A stretch of DNA of 64,000 nt from an uncultured Pelagibacteraceae bacterium (GCA_902594395.1 CACJLZ010000001.1:41551-105550), one strand, 5' to 3'. Shown: positions 28,973 to 38,313, counted from the stretch's first letter. The notes: generated from the letters alone by a model not told the origin. Translations and numbers: made by a program.

Positions 28973-29412
28973 TTAATCTCCTGTATATTTATATATTTAT
29001 TAATCGCATCTAACATTATTTTAGGATCCCAAGCAATGAATTATTTTTGACATGGATTAGTCTCTTTAAAAATAAATTTATGAATATTCATTCTAAAGAT
29101 ATTAATTATTAAATGACTTACTAATTAATCAAAGGAGACACTTTCATTATAAAAAAATTATTGAACTTCTTCTTGATTGAATGTGAAAATATTAGGTAAA
29201 ATCAGTTAGTTGACTCTTAAGCTTCCGCTATAAATAGAATTATTTATAAAAAGATGGAAATAATTTTAATAAGTACAATTTATTTCAACTTATGGTTTAT
29301 TTCATCTTAAGGTTGTAATCTGACATTTGGATGCGAATTGGTATGATTAAAATTTGCACAAACCTTAGGCATGTGATTAACTTAATCATTAACTTAATTA
29401 AGAGGGATAGAA

Positions 29413-30753
29413 ATGTTAACAAGAATGTTAAAAAGGCTTGCATCTACTTTCACAGTAGTTGTAGCTTTATTTTCTTCACTCGCTTTACCTCAAAAAGTAT
29501 TTGGAGCAGAAACTCAATACTTTCCTGTAGCTAGTAGCCGTGTTGGACCTTATTCAGCAATGGGGACTGGTTACTATGGGGCTCAGATTGACTATATGAA
29601 TTATGTCAATATGACAGGCGGAGTGAATGGAGTCATGCTTACATGGCAAGAATGTGAAACTGAGTACAACGCTGTGAAAACAGTTGAGTGTTACCAAAGA
29701 CTACTTGAAAAAGATGGTCAAAGAATAGTTGTGTTTGATACTTTAGGAACACCAGGAGCATATGCAGTTATTAACCGTATGGCAAAAGACAATGTTGTTT
29801 TAGCTCAATATGGTTATGGAAGAACTGACGGTGCTGATGGAAGAGTATGGCCTTGGGTATTTAATGCTGCAAGTCACTACTGGTCACAAATAGCCGTTAA
29901 ATTAAAATTTATGGCAGAAATCGAAGGCGGAATTGATAAGATGAAAGGTAAAAAAATCGTTCACTTACACATTGACTCTGCTTACGGTAGAGAGCCATTA
30001 CCAGCAATGAGAAAAATAACTTCTGACTGGGGAATGAAATTAGTTGAAATTTCAATTCCGCCTCCAGGTCTAGAACAACAATCTCAGTGGCTGCAAATCA
30101 GAAGAGAAAATCCTGATTGGGTTACTTTCTGGGGAGCAGGTTCTGGAATGAATTCAACAGCAATGACCAATGCTGCTAGAATTAATTTTCCAAGAGATAG
30201 AATGATGTATGTAACATTCGGCGCTGCCGAGGAGGATATGTATCCAGCGGGTGATGCAGCTAAGGGAACTTATGCTGTTGCAAATGCTTTACCTGGAGAA
30301 TATCCATTAGTTAAAGACATCAAAGACAAAGTATATGGTGCCGGAAAAGGTAACTTAGCTGATCCTAATAGGATTGGTTCAGTTTATTGGAATAGGGGAC
30401 TAGGTGCTGCAGTTATGTGGATTGAGGCGTTAAGAAATGCTCAAAAGATGCATAATAAAGTTGGTAAAGCAGTAACTGGTGCTGAGTTTAGAGATGGTTA
30501 TGAGGCTTTGAACATGACTGAAGCTAGACTTACTGAACTTGGAGTTGGAGGAATGTTAGCTCCGTTCGCTATTTCATGTGCAAATCATGAAGGTGCTGGT
30601 AAATTTGCTGTAATGCAGTGGGATGGAACAAAATTCAATCAGGTAACTGGTTGGGAAGCTCCAGGTGATCCTGCATTTATTAGAGGTCTAGTAGAGGCAT
30701 CTGCAGCTAAGTTTGCTAAAGAGAACAACATTACACCGAAAAAATGCGGATAA
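29413..30753 (+). CDS. HAAT-family ABC substrate-binding protein (organic acid/ligand-binding subfamily)
   Basis: Signal peptide, GPY, GGVNG, ECETEYN..VECY, AYGREP, SCANHEG, QWDG. Confidence 0.88.
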   Translation: MLTRMLKRLASTFTVVVALFSSLALPQKVFGAETQYFPVASSRVGPYSAMGTGYYGAQIDYMNYVNMTGGVNGVMLTWQECETEYNAVKTVECYQRLLEKDGQRIVVFDTLGTPGAYAVINRMAKDNVVLAQYGYGRTDGADGRVWPWVFNAASHYWSQIAVKLKFMAEIEGGIDKMKGKKIVHLHIDSAYGREPLPAMRKITSDWGMKLVEISIPPPGLEQQSQWLQIRRENPDWVTFWGAGSGMNSTAMTNAARINFPRDRMMYVTFGAAEEDMYPAGDAAKGTYAVANALPGEYPLVKDIKDKVYGAGKGNLADPNRIGSVYWNRGLGAAVMWIEALRNAQKMHNKVGKAVTGAEFRDGYEALNMTEARLTELGVGGMLAPFAISCANHEGAGKFAVMQWDGTKFNQVTGWEAPGDPAFIRGLVEASAAKFAKENNITPKKCG

Positions 30754-30782
30754 TTAATTTAGAGATAAATTAATATCTTTTG

Positions 30783-30822
30783 AAGGGGGAGTTTAGATAA
30801 TCAATTTAAACTCCCCCTTTAA
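30783..30822 (+). terminator. Intra-operon stem-loop after SBP gene
   Basis: 13-bp stem AAGGGGGAGTTTA/TAAACTCCCCCTT with weak T tail. Confidence 0.75.
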
Positions 30823-30845
30823 ATAAAATTTAAAGTAAAAAATTA

Positions 30846-31661
30846 ATGAGTGATAATTCAGTAGATATTCTTGATATAAAAAATATTGAGGTAATGTATG
30901 ATAACGTTATTCTAGCTTTACATGATGTTTCTTTAAAAGTTCCCAAAGGAAAAGTAGTTGCGTTATTAGGAGCAAATGGAGCGGGTAAAAGCACAACATT
31001 AAAAGCTGTCTCAACTATGTTAGCTTCCGAAAGAGGTAAAGTTACCAAAGGCTCAATAGATTATGATGGAAATTTAATAGAAAAACAAAACCCATCTCAA
31101 ATGGTTGGACTTGGAATGGTTCAAGTATTAGAGGGCAGAAGATGTTTTGGTCATTTAACTGTTGAGGAAAATATTATCTCTGGAGCTTATTCAAGAAAAT
31201 TATCTAAAGGTGATATTGATCAAGAATTAGAGAAAATTTATGGTTATTTTTTAAGATTAAAAGAAAGAAGAAAAAGTCAAGCAGCATTTACATCAGGCGG
31301 AGAACAACAAATGATTGCAGTTGCAAGAGCAATGATGGCAAAACCTAAAATGTTGTTACTAGACGAGCCAACAATGGGTCTAGCGCCTCAATTAGTTGCT
31401 GAGATTTTTAATATTGTAAAAGAGTTAAATCAAAAAGAAGGAGTTAGTATTTTGCTTGCTGAACAGAATACTAATATTGCATTAAAAAACTCTGATTATG
31501 GTTACATCATTGAAACTGGAAAAGTGATGCTCGAGGGGACTGCGGAAAGTTTATTAAACAATGATAAAGTAAAAGAATTATACTTAGGCATATCAAAAAA
31601 AGGTAGAAAAAACTTTAGAGATGTTCTTAAAGAGGAAAGTTTAAACAAAAAAATTAATTAA
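30846..31661 (+). CDS. ABC transporter ATP-binding protein (LivF-like)
   Basis: GANGAGKST, EGRRCF..LTVEEN, SGGEQQM, LDEPT, AEQN. Confidence 0.9.
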   Translation: MSDNSVDILDIKNIEVMYDNVILALHDVSLKVPKGKVVALLGANGAGKSTTLKAVSTMLASERGKVTKGSIDYDGNLIEKQNPSQMVGLGMVQVLEGRRCFGHLTVEENIISGAYSRKLSKGDIDQELEKIYGYFLRLKERRKSQAAFTSGGEQQMIAVARAMMAKPKMLLLDEPTMGLAPQLVAEIFNIVKELNQKEGVSILLAEQNTNIALKNSDYGYIIETGKVMLEGTAESLLNNDKVKELYLGISKKGRKNFRDVLKEESLNKKIN

Positions 31662-31664
31662 AAG

Positions 31665-32459
31665 ATGGCATACGAAAGAAAGTTTAAAATAGGAAAACCA
31701 ATTTTAGAGGTGAATAATATTTCACTCGCTTTTGGAGGTGTTAAGGCTATTACCGATACTTCATTTAACGTACTTGAGCACGAAGTTAGAGCAATTATTG
31801 GACCTAATGGAGCCGGGAAAAGCTCAATGTTAAATTGCATTAATGGAATTTATAAACCTCAACAAGGAACTGTATCTTTTAGAGGACAAGTAGTGCCTAA
31901 TATAACCCCGAATATTATGGCTCAAATGGGTCTATCTAGAACGTTTCAAAACTTAGCTCTTTTTAAAAGAATGTCAGTACTGGATAATATTCTAGTAGGT
32001 AGAAAACTTCACACAAAAACAAATTTCCTTGAGGTAGCTTTACAACTTCCTAAAGTTAAAAAAGAGGAAGAATTAAATAGAGAGAGGTCAGAAGAAATAA
32101 TAAGTTTTTTAGAGATAGAAGACATTAAAAATACTCCAGTTGGAAAACTTCCTTATGGATTACAAAAAAAAGTTGAATTAGGTAGAGCCCTTGCAACAGA
32201 CTCCTCAATAATTCTATTGGATGAGCCAATGGCTGGAATGAATGTTGAGGAAAAAAGAGATATGTGTAGATTTATTTTAAAGGTAAATGATGAACTTGGT
32301 ACAACAATGGTTTTAATTGAGCATGATATGGGAGTGGTAATGGATATATCTGATAGAGTTGTTGTGCTTGATTACGGCAAGGTTATTGGTGATGGAACAC
32401 CAGATGAAATAATGGCAAACCAAAAAGTAATAGATGCTTACTTAGGAGTGGAACACTAG
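31665..32459 (+). CDS. ABC transporter ATP-binding protein (LivG-like)
   Basis: FGGVKA, GPNGAGKS, RTFQN, LPYG, LDEP, IEHDM, AYLG. Confidence 0.9.
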   Translation: MAYERKFKIGKPILEVNNISLAFGGVKAITDTSFNVLEHEVRAIIGPNGAGKSSMLNCINGIYKPQQGTVSFRGQVVPNITPNIMAQMGLSRTFQNLALFKRMSVLDNILVGRKLHTKTNFLEVALQLPKVKKEEELNRERSEEIISFLEIEDIKNTPVGKLPYGLQKKVELGRALATDSSIILLDEPMAGMNVEEKRDMCRFILKVNDELGTTMVLIEHDMGVVMDISDRVVVLDYGKVIGDGTPDEIMANQKVIDAYLGVEH

Positions 32460-32468
32460 GATTATAAT

Positions 32469-33377
32469 ATGGCAAATGAATTACTATTTTTTATGGAAGT
32501 TCTGGTTGGCGGTTTACTTGCTGGTACAATGTATTCTTTAGTTGCTCTAGGCTTTGTTCTTATTTTTAAAGCGTCAGCAACATTTAACTTTTCACAAGGA
32601 GCCATGGTTTTTTTCTCAGTTCTTGCTTTCTGTGGTTTCATGCAAGATTTCAATATACCTTTTGTATTCGCTTTTATTTTAGCAGCCCTTTTGATGGTAG
32701 TGGTTGGTTTATGTACTGAGAGATTGGTTTTAAGACCTTTAATGAATGCCAGCGAAGATACAGTATTAATGGCCACAATTGGCTTAGGATATGTTTTAGA
32801 AGGACTTGCTCAAGCAGCATGGGGAGTGGAAGTAAGAAGATTAGATTTAGGCATAGGAGATTTTCCAGTGCCATGGATTGCAGATAATTTAAAATTATTT
32901 ATTAGTGCACTTGATATTACTGCTGGGTTAGTTGCAGCAATAATGATTATTGGTCTATTTTTATTGTTTAAATATACAAAAATTGGATTAGGTTTAAGAG
33001 CTGTTGCAGATGATGCAGGTGCAGCAAGTTCTATAGGAATTCCTTTAAAACATATAATGTTATTAGTATGGTCTGCTGCAGGGGTTGTAGCTTTAGTAGC
33101 AGGAATGATGTGGGGAGCAAGAGCTGGTGTTCAATTTGCTCTTGTTGATCTTGCATTAAAAGCTTTGCCGGTTTTAATTATAGGTGGATTCTCGTCTATT
33201 CCAGGAGCAATTATTGGAGGTTTAATTATTGGTGCAGTAGAAAAAATATTAGAGGTTTATATCGGACCGTTTTTTGGAGGAGCTATTGAAGGATGGGCTC
33301 CATATGTATTAGCGATATTCTTTTTATTATACAGACCGGAAGGTTTATTTGGAGAAAAAATTATCAGGAGAGTTTAA
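32469..33377 (+). CDS. ABC transporter permease (LivH-like)
   Basis: YSLVALGFVLIFKAS, NFSQG, TKIGLGLRA, IGGFSSI, RPEGLFG. Confidence 0.9.
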   Translation: MANELLFFMEVLVGGLLAGTMYSLVALGFVLIFKASATFNFSQGAMVFFSVLAFCGFMQDFNIPFVFAFILAALLMVVVGLCTERLVLRPLMNASEDTVLMATIGLGYVLEGLAQAAWGVEVRRLDLGIGDFPVPWIADNLKLFISALDITAGLVAAIMIIGLFLLFKYTKIGLGLRAVADDAGAASSIGIPLKHIMLLVWSAAGVVALVAGMMWGARAGVQFALVDLALKALPVLIIGGFSSIPGAIIGGLIIGAVEKILEVYIGPFFGGAIEGWAPYVLAIFFLLYRPEGLFGEKIIRRV

Positions 33378-33380
33378 TTT

Positions 33381-34448
33381 ATGAAACCAATTTTTATGAC
33401 TTACACAAAAAAAGACCTGATCAACTTAGCTGTTTGTATGGTTTTAAGTGTATTAATAATACCTACATTTATTAAAACAGAATATTGGTACACCTCTATA
33501 TTAATTCCTTGGCTTTGCTTGGCTTTAGCTACTATAGGACAACAAATTGTAATGGGTTATACGGGTCAATTAGCTTTGGGTGCCGCTGGATTTATGGCCG
33601 CAGGTGCTTTTGCTATGTTTAACCTTATTTTACGAGTGCCTGATCTTGGTTTTGTAGGCTCACTAATAGTGTCAGGTTTGATTGCTGCGGCTTTTGGAAT
33701 TTTGTTTGGTCTACCAAGTTTAAAGGTAAGAGGAATTTATCTGATGGTAGCAACATTAGCCTCGCAGTTTTTTATTATATGGATGATAGATAAATTTGGT
33801 TGGTTTAAAAACTACGACTCATCAGGAATTATAACTGCCCAAGATATAGTTATTTTAGGAAAACCACTTACAACTCCATTAGCTATGTATTTTGTATGTT
33901 TGGCTGTTACCACAATTTTAACTTTGTTAGCTATGAATATGGCAAGAGGAAGTACAGGCAGAAATTGGATGGCAGTTAGAGATATGGATATTGCCGCTGA
34001 GTCCATGGGGGTTTCATTATTAAGAACCAAAGTTCAAGCATTTGCTATTAGTGCATTTTATTGTGGTGTAGCTGGTGCTCTTTTTGCATTTTGTTATCTA
34101 AAATCTTTAGAGCCAGTTGCTTTTGATATTAAGTTATCTTTTAAAATCTTATTTATGTGCATCCTTGGGGGACTTGGAACTATTAATGGTGCTTTTATAG
34201 GCGCTGCATTTATTTTGCTTTTCCCGGTGCTTTTGAATGCTTTAGGAAACAATGTATTTCATGGAGCTATTGATGCTACAATTATTTCATCAATCGAACA
34301 GGTAATTTTTGGTCTATTGATGATAATATTTATGATTTATGAACCTTTAGGAATGGCTAAGCTTTGGGAAAATCTTAAGCAAAGTATGAGATCAAAATTA
34401 TCTTCATCAGATACCAAAAGTTTAAAATCTCCAGTACTAAAAAAGTGA
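33381..34448 (+). CDS. ABC transporter permease (LivM-like)
   Basis: GYTGQLALG, VRGIYLMVATLA, GRNWMAVRD, ILGGLG, EPLG. Confidence 0.9.
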   Translation: MKPIFMTYTKKDLINLAVCMVLSVLIIPTFIKTEYWYTSILIPWLCLALATIGQQIVMGYTGQLALGAAGFMAAGAFAMFNLILRVPDLGFVGSLIVSGLIAAAFGILFGLPSLKVRGIYLMVATLASQFFIIWMIDKFGWFKNYDSSGIITAQDIVILGKPLTTPLAMYFVCLAVTTILTLLAMNMARGSTGRNWMAVRDMDIAAESMGVSLLRTKVQAFAISAFYCGVAGALFAFCYLKSLEPVAFDIKLSFKILFMCILGGLGTINGAFIGAAFILLFPVLLNALGNNVFHGAIDATIISSIEQVIFGLLMIIFMIYEPLGMAKLWENLKQSMRSKLSSSDTKSLKSPVLKK

Positions 34449-34528
34449 ATAAGAAGAAATTAATTATAGCATTAGCAATAGGAGTATTAATAGGTCTACT
34501 TATTGAAAATAATTTTATAATTTCATAA
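34445..34528 (+). CDS. Putative 27-aa single-TM microprotein MNKKKLIIALAIGVLIGLLIENNFIIS (not in ORF track)
   Basis: GTG start overlaps the livM-like stop (GTGA); KKK followed by 15 apolar residues; fills the gap to the convergent HPP gene. Confidence 0.55.
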   Translation: MNKKKLIIALAIGVLIGLLIENNFIIS

Positions 34529-34532
34529 AAAA

Positions 34533-34997
34533 TTATTTTTGGCTTGGATAAGACTTTTTCAAAATAAATTTGTTAACTATTATTGCAAAAATAATAATTA
34601 TAACTGATCCTGATATTACAGGACTTAGCAAGTAATCAAAAGAAACACTTCCAATTATTACTATTATGGGATTACCGCCTGCTGGTGGATGAGTGACATT
34701 TAATAAGATCATTAATCCAACTCCAAATCCTACAGCTAAAGGGATAGTTAGAAAGATTGGTAATGGAACAAAATGTAAAAAAAGTAAACCTACTATTGCA
34801 GTAACTAAATGACCAAAAAAAACATTTTTTGGTTGGGCAAAAGGACTTTCAGGATATCCATATAGCAAAACCATAGATGATCCAAATGAAGCTAACAAGA
34901 AAACTCCAAACTCAGTTCTGTAAGTTAAAAAAGTTAAAATCCCAATAGTAATTATTGAAAATAGGCCAGCTAAAATAGATTGTTTTGTACTACCCAT
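34533..34997 (-). CDS. HPP family membrane protein
   Basis: ASFGSS, SPFAQPKN..GH, THPPAG motif. Confidence 0.92.
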   Translation of the reverse strand: MGSTKQSILAGLFSIITIGILTFLTYRTEFGVFLLASFGSSMVLLYGYPESPFAQPKNVFFGHLVTAIVGLLFLHFVPLPIFLTIPLAVGFGVGLMILLNVTHPPAGGNPIIVIIGSVSFDYLLSPVISGSVIIIIFAIIVNKFILKKSYPSQK

Positions 34998-35000
34998 AAC

Positions 35001-35399
35001 TTAAGTTGATACTATTTTTTTTAAGGTTTTGAAAGGTAACAATATGCAATCTTTTTTATTAACATTTTCCTTTTTGATCAATTTTTTCAAGGAAACCCAT
35101 TCTTTTTCAGTAATTTTTACATTGTCATCAAAATATAATTCTGCCTTGTCACATAAGTCGTTAAGCTTCTTTTTTTGGTTGTTAATAGAAATTTTTGATA
35201 GCAAACTAGCTGAGGCTTGGCAGTAAACACAAGACTTATCTAGATACCCAAAGTCTAAAATTTTTTCGTTTTTTAATATAAGCTCTATTTTAATTTCATC
35301 CCCGCACACTGAATTTTTTAACTTTGAGACATGTGTCGGGTTCTCAATATTTCTATTGTTATCGGTGTTTGCAGCTATACTTAGCACTTCTAAATCCAT
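35001..35399 (-). CDS. IscU/SufU-like (NifU N-terminal) Fe-S scaffold protein
   Basis: NSVCGDEI, CVYCQASAS, C-terminal CILLPF. Confidence 0.85.
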   Translation of the reverse strand: MDLEVLSIAANTDNNRNIENPTHVSKLKNSVCGDEIKIELILKNEKILDFGYLDKSCVYCQASASLLSKISINNQKKKLNDLCDKAELYFDDNVKITEKEWVSLKKLIKKENVNKKDCILLPFKTLKKIVST

Positions 35400-35542
35400 A
35401 TTAATTTTTAATTACATGACAAATAAAAACCAATCAAGAATAGAAATAGGCTGAACACAACTTTAAATGGAAAAGTTAAATTTAAGATTAAAGTTATCTC
35501 ATTTTTGTTGTAGTTATAAATTTTTAGATTTAATCTTCCCAG

Positions 35543-36448
35543 ATGCTTGAATTAAAAAATCCAAAAATCGCAGTTCCAGTAGTTTTGTTTGCAGGAATTT
35601 TATGGTCTTTTGGCCCTCTTGTTGTGAGATATATGGATAATCCTAACCAAGTGCCATGGCAGTATATTTTTGGCAGAGGATTAACAATTTTTATTCTTTT
35701 AAATCTTTATCTTTTTTTTGAAGAGGGGATAAAATTTTATAAAAATTATTTTAAAATGGGATACTCAGGCATTATTGGTGGAACTGGATTAGGAATTGCG
35801 ATGATAAGTTTTATCTACTCAATTACTAATACATCAGCTGCAATCACTTTGCTTTGCTTAGCAGCAATGCCTTTTTTTACTGCACTTCTTGCTTTTTTAT
35901 TTCTCAAAGAGAAGATTACATTAAATGTTTGGATATCTATTTTTATTGCAACGATTGGAATAATAACAATGGCCTTTGGAAGTTCTGGATCTAATTCTGT
36001 AGTTGGTTTTGTTTTTGGAATGCTTTCATCAATTGGATTTTCTGTTTTTTCTGTCACTCTTAGGTGGAGAACGGAGACCCCAAAGTTTACAACTGTAGCT
36101 TTTTCAGGATTTTTTTGTTTTGTTTTTGCATCAATAATGCTTTTAAGTTCAAACCAAGTATTCTTTTCAACTAGTTATAATGGAGCGTTATTTTCTCTTC
36201 ATGGAACATTAGTTTGCTTAGGACTAATTTTATATTCTATTGGCTCAAAAGCCATTCCTGCTGCAGAATTAACATTATTATCATTGACTGAAGTAATTGG
36301 TGGAATTTTTTGGGTTTGGTTACCTATCTTGGGCATAAATGAAGTACCAGATACTTACACTATAGTCGGAGGATTTTTTCTATTTATTTCATTAATTTAT
36401 TACAGTTTATTAATGCGTTGGAATAAAAGATTTATAGCTTTAAATTAA
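35543..36448 (+). CDS. EamA/DMT family transporter
   Basis: 10 TM; WQYIFGRG, PFFTALL, LKEKI, LLSLTEV. Confidence 0.88.
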   Translation: MLELKNPKIAVPVVLFAGILWSFGPLVVRYMDNPNQVPWQYIFGRGLTIFILLNLYLFFEEGIKFYKNYFKMGYSGIIGGTGLGIAMISFIYSITNTSAAITLLCLAAMPFFTALLAFLFLKEKITLNVWISIFIATIGIITMAFGSSGSNSVVGFVFGMLSSIGFSVFSVTLRWRTETPKFTTVAFSGFFCFVFASIMLLSSNQVFFSTSYNGALFSLHGTLVCLGLILYSIGSKAIPAAELTLLSLTEVIGGIFWVWLPILGINEVPDTYTIVGGFFLFISLIYYSLLMRWNKRFIALN

Positions 36449-36457
36449 TCTAGAAAC

Positions 36458-37579
36458 ATGAGCAAAGATAAAGTTATTGTTAATAGCTGGAATGAATGGG
36501 ATCCACTCAAGCATGCTATTGTTGGAAGAGCAGATGGTTGCTGTATACCAGCACCAGAACCTGCTTTAGATGCTAAAGTGCCTGAAGACTCAGATATGAA
36601 AGGTTCTCATGGCCCGCGTACTCAAGATACAGTTGATAAAGCAAATGAATTATTAAACAATTTTGCATCAATGTTGGAAAAAAGAGGAATTAAAGTTGAT
36701 CGACCTGTTCCACTTAATCATAATCAAAAAATTTCTACTCCAGATTGGGAAGCTGAAAGTATGTTTGGATGTATGCCAGCAAGAGACATCATACTTACAG
36801 TGGGCAATGAAATGCTTGAAGCAACAATGAGTTATAGATGTAGATGGTTTGAATATTTAAATTATAGACCTCTTATTAAAAAATATTTTGAACAAGATAA
36901 GAATATGCGTCATGAGACTGCTCCAAAGCCTAGATTGACAGATGCTGATTACCGTGAGGATTATTTGTCAGATAAGATTGGAATTCAAAAAAGACTTAAA
37001 TGGACTGAAGAAAAATTTTTTGTAACTACTGAAGAAGAGCCCCTATTCGATGCAGCAGATGTTCTTAGATTCGGGAAGGACCTAATTGTTCAACATGGTT
37101 TTACAACAAACTTAAAGGGGATTGATTGGCTTCGAAGACATTTTAAAGATCATAGAGTTCATGCAGTTAATTTTCCTGGAGATCCTTACCCAATTCATAT
37201 AGATGCAACCTTTACACCAATTAAAGAAGGTTTAATTATAAATAATCCCCAAAGAAGACTTCCAAAGGAACAAAGAAAATTATTTGAGGATAATGGGTGG
37301 AAAATAATTGATAGTGCTCAACCAGCTCATAACGAACCACCCCCACTTTGTTATTCATCAGTATGGTTATCAATGAATGTTTTAGTTCTTGATCCAAAAA
37401 CAGTTTGTGTCGAAAAAAGTGAAGTTTACCAAGCTGAACAACTTGATAAGTTAGGAATGGAGGTTGTTCCAGTTGAATTGAGAGATGCATATGCATTTGG
37501 TGGTGGTGTTCATTGTTGCACAGCAGATGTTTATAGAGAAGGTGATTTAAAGGATTATTTTCCTAATCAAAAAAATTAA
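36458..37579 (+). CDS. Amidinotransferase (L-arginine:glycine amidinotransferase-like)
   Basis: VNSWNEWDPL, ARD, FDAAD, HIDAT, MNVL, GGGVHCCT (Asp-His-Cys triad). Confidence 0.9.
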   Translation: MSKDKVIVNSWNEWDPLKHAIVGRADGCCIPAPEPALDAKVPEDSDMKGSHGPRTQDTVDKANELLNNFASMLEKRGIKVDRPVPLNHNQKISTPDWEAESMFGCMPARDIILTVGNEMLEATMSYRCRWFEYLNYRPLIKKYFEQDKNMRHETAPKPRLTDADYREDYLSDKIGIQKRLKWTEEKFFVTTEEEPLFDAADVLRFGKDLIVQHGFTTNLKGIDWLRRHFKDHRVHAVNFPGDPYPIHIDATFTPIKEGLIINNPQRRLPKEQRKLFEDNGWKIIDSAQPAHNEPPPLCYSSVWLSMNVLVLDPKTVCVEKSEVYQAEQLDKLGMEVVPVELRDAYAFGGGVHCCTADVYREGDLKDYFPNQKN

Positions 37580-38313
37580 TTTTCTTTAGTTACATCAACT
37601 TTAAATTTTTCCAAACCAGAGGAAAGGTTTTTATCAACTGGGTTTTCAGTTTTTTCAAATGATTTAAGTTTTTCTAATTCTCTTTGTCTTAATCTTTCCT
37701 CTCTTAAATTTTCTCTATGTTCTTTTGCTTTTTGTTCTCTATCAAATTTTTCTTCCCACTCTTTTATTTTGATATACTCAAGCTCTTTCTGTTTTTCCTC
37801 CTCTTCCTTAATCATTTTTAAGGTTCTCTCTTTTCTTCTCTTTTCTTTGAGTTCAAGGTTTTTTTGTTCTTCCTCTCTAACTTTCAAATCAATATCTTTT
37901 CTATTTTGCGCCTCATCTCTAAGCTTTAATTCCTTTTCTTTAGCTCTTAATTCTTTACTTATTAATATTAATTCCTCATCTTTTTTTACTAACCTCGATG
38001 CCTCTAGCTTTTGTGCGTCATCTTTAATTTTGATCTCTTTTTCTTTTAACTTTAATTCCTCTTCACTAAATTTTAATCTATTGCTTTCCTTAATGAGTCT
38101 TTCTTCCCAAACTTTAAGATCTTTTCTTTCTTTAAGGATTTGATTTTTATCTTTTAATTTTTCTAATTTGATAGCTTTAATCTTATTAAGTTCTTTATTT
38201 TTTTTGTAATTAGAGAAAGCATTACTTAAAAAGGACTTAGGAGCTAAGTTACTAATCTTAACTATCCCTGTACTTTTTTTTGAATTTTTTTGTTTAGTTT
38301 TTTTTCTAGGCAT
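37576..38313 (-). CDS. Lys/Glu-rich coiled-coil / single-alpha-helix protein of unknown function
   Basis: About 180 residues dominated by K/E/R/L with no Pro or Gly; internal repeats. Confidence 0.7.
   Translation of the reverse strand: MPRKKTKQKNSKKSTGIVKISNLAPKSFLSNAFSNYKKNKELNKIKAIKLEKLKDKNQILKERKDLKVWEERLIKESNRLKFSEEELKLKEKEIKIKDDAQKLEASRLVKKDEELILISKELRAKEKELKLRDEAQNRKDIDLKVREEEQKNLELKEKRRKERTLKMIKEEEEKQKELEYIKIKEWEEKFDREQKAKEHRENLREERLRQRELEKLKSFEKTENPVDKNLSSGLEKFKVDVTKEN

Noticed and set aside
29254-29310. 18-aa hydrophobic ORF MEIILISTIYFNLWFISS
   Set aside because: No SD or translational coupling; composition explained by AT-rich DNA
29331-29534. 67-aa ORF overlapping the SBP start
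   Set aside because: Out-of-frame overlap with the SBP gene and its promoter; no RBS or recognisable family
37769-38143. 124-aa Ser/Phe/Leu-rich ORF on + strand
   Set aside because: Antisense shadow of the Lys/Glu-rich gene; AAA/GAA codons give a stop-free opposite frame
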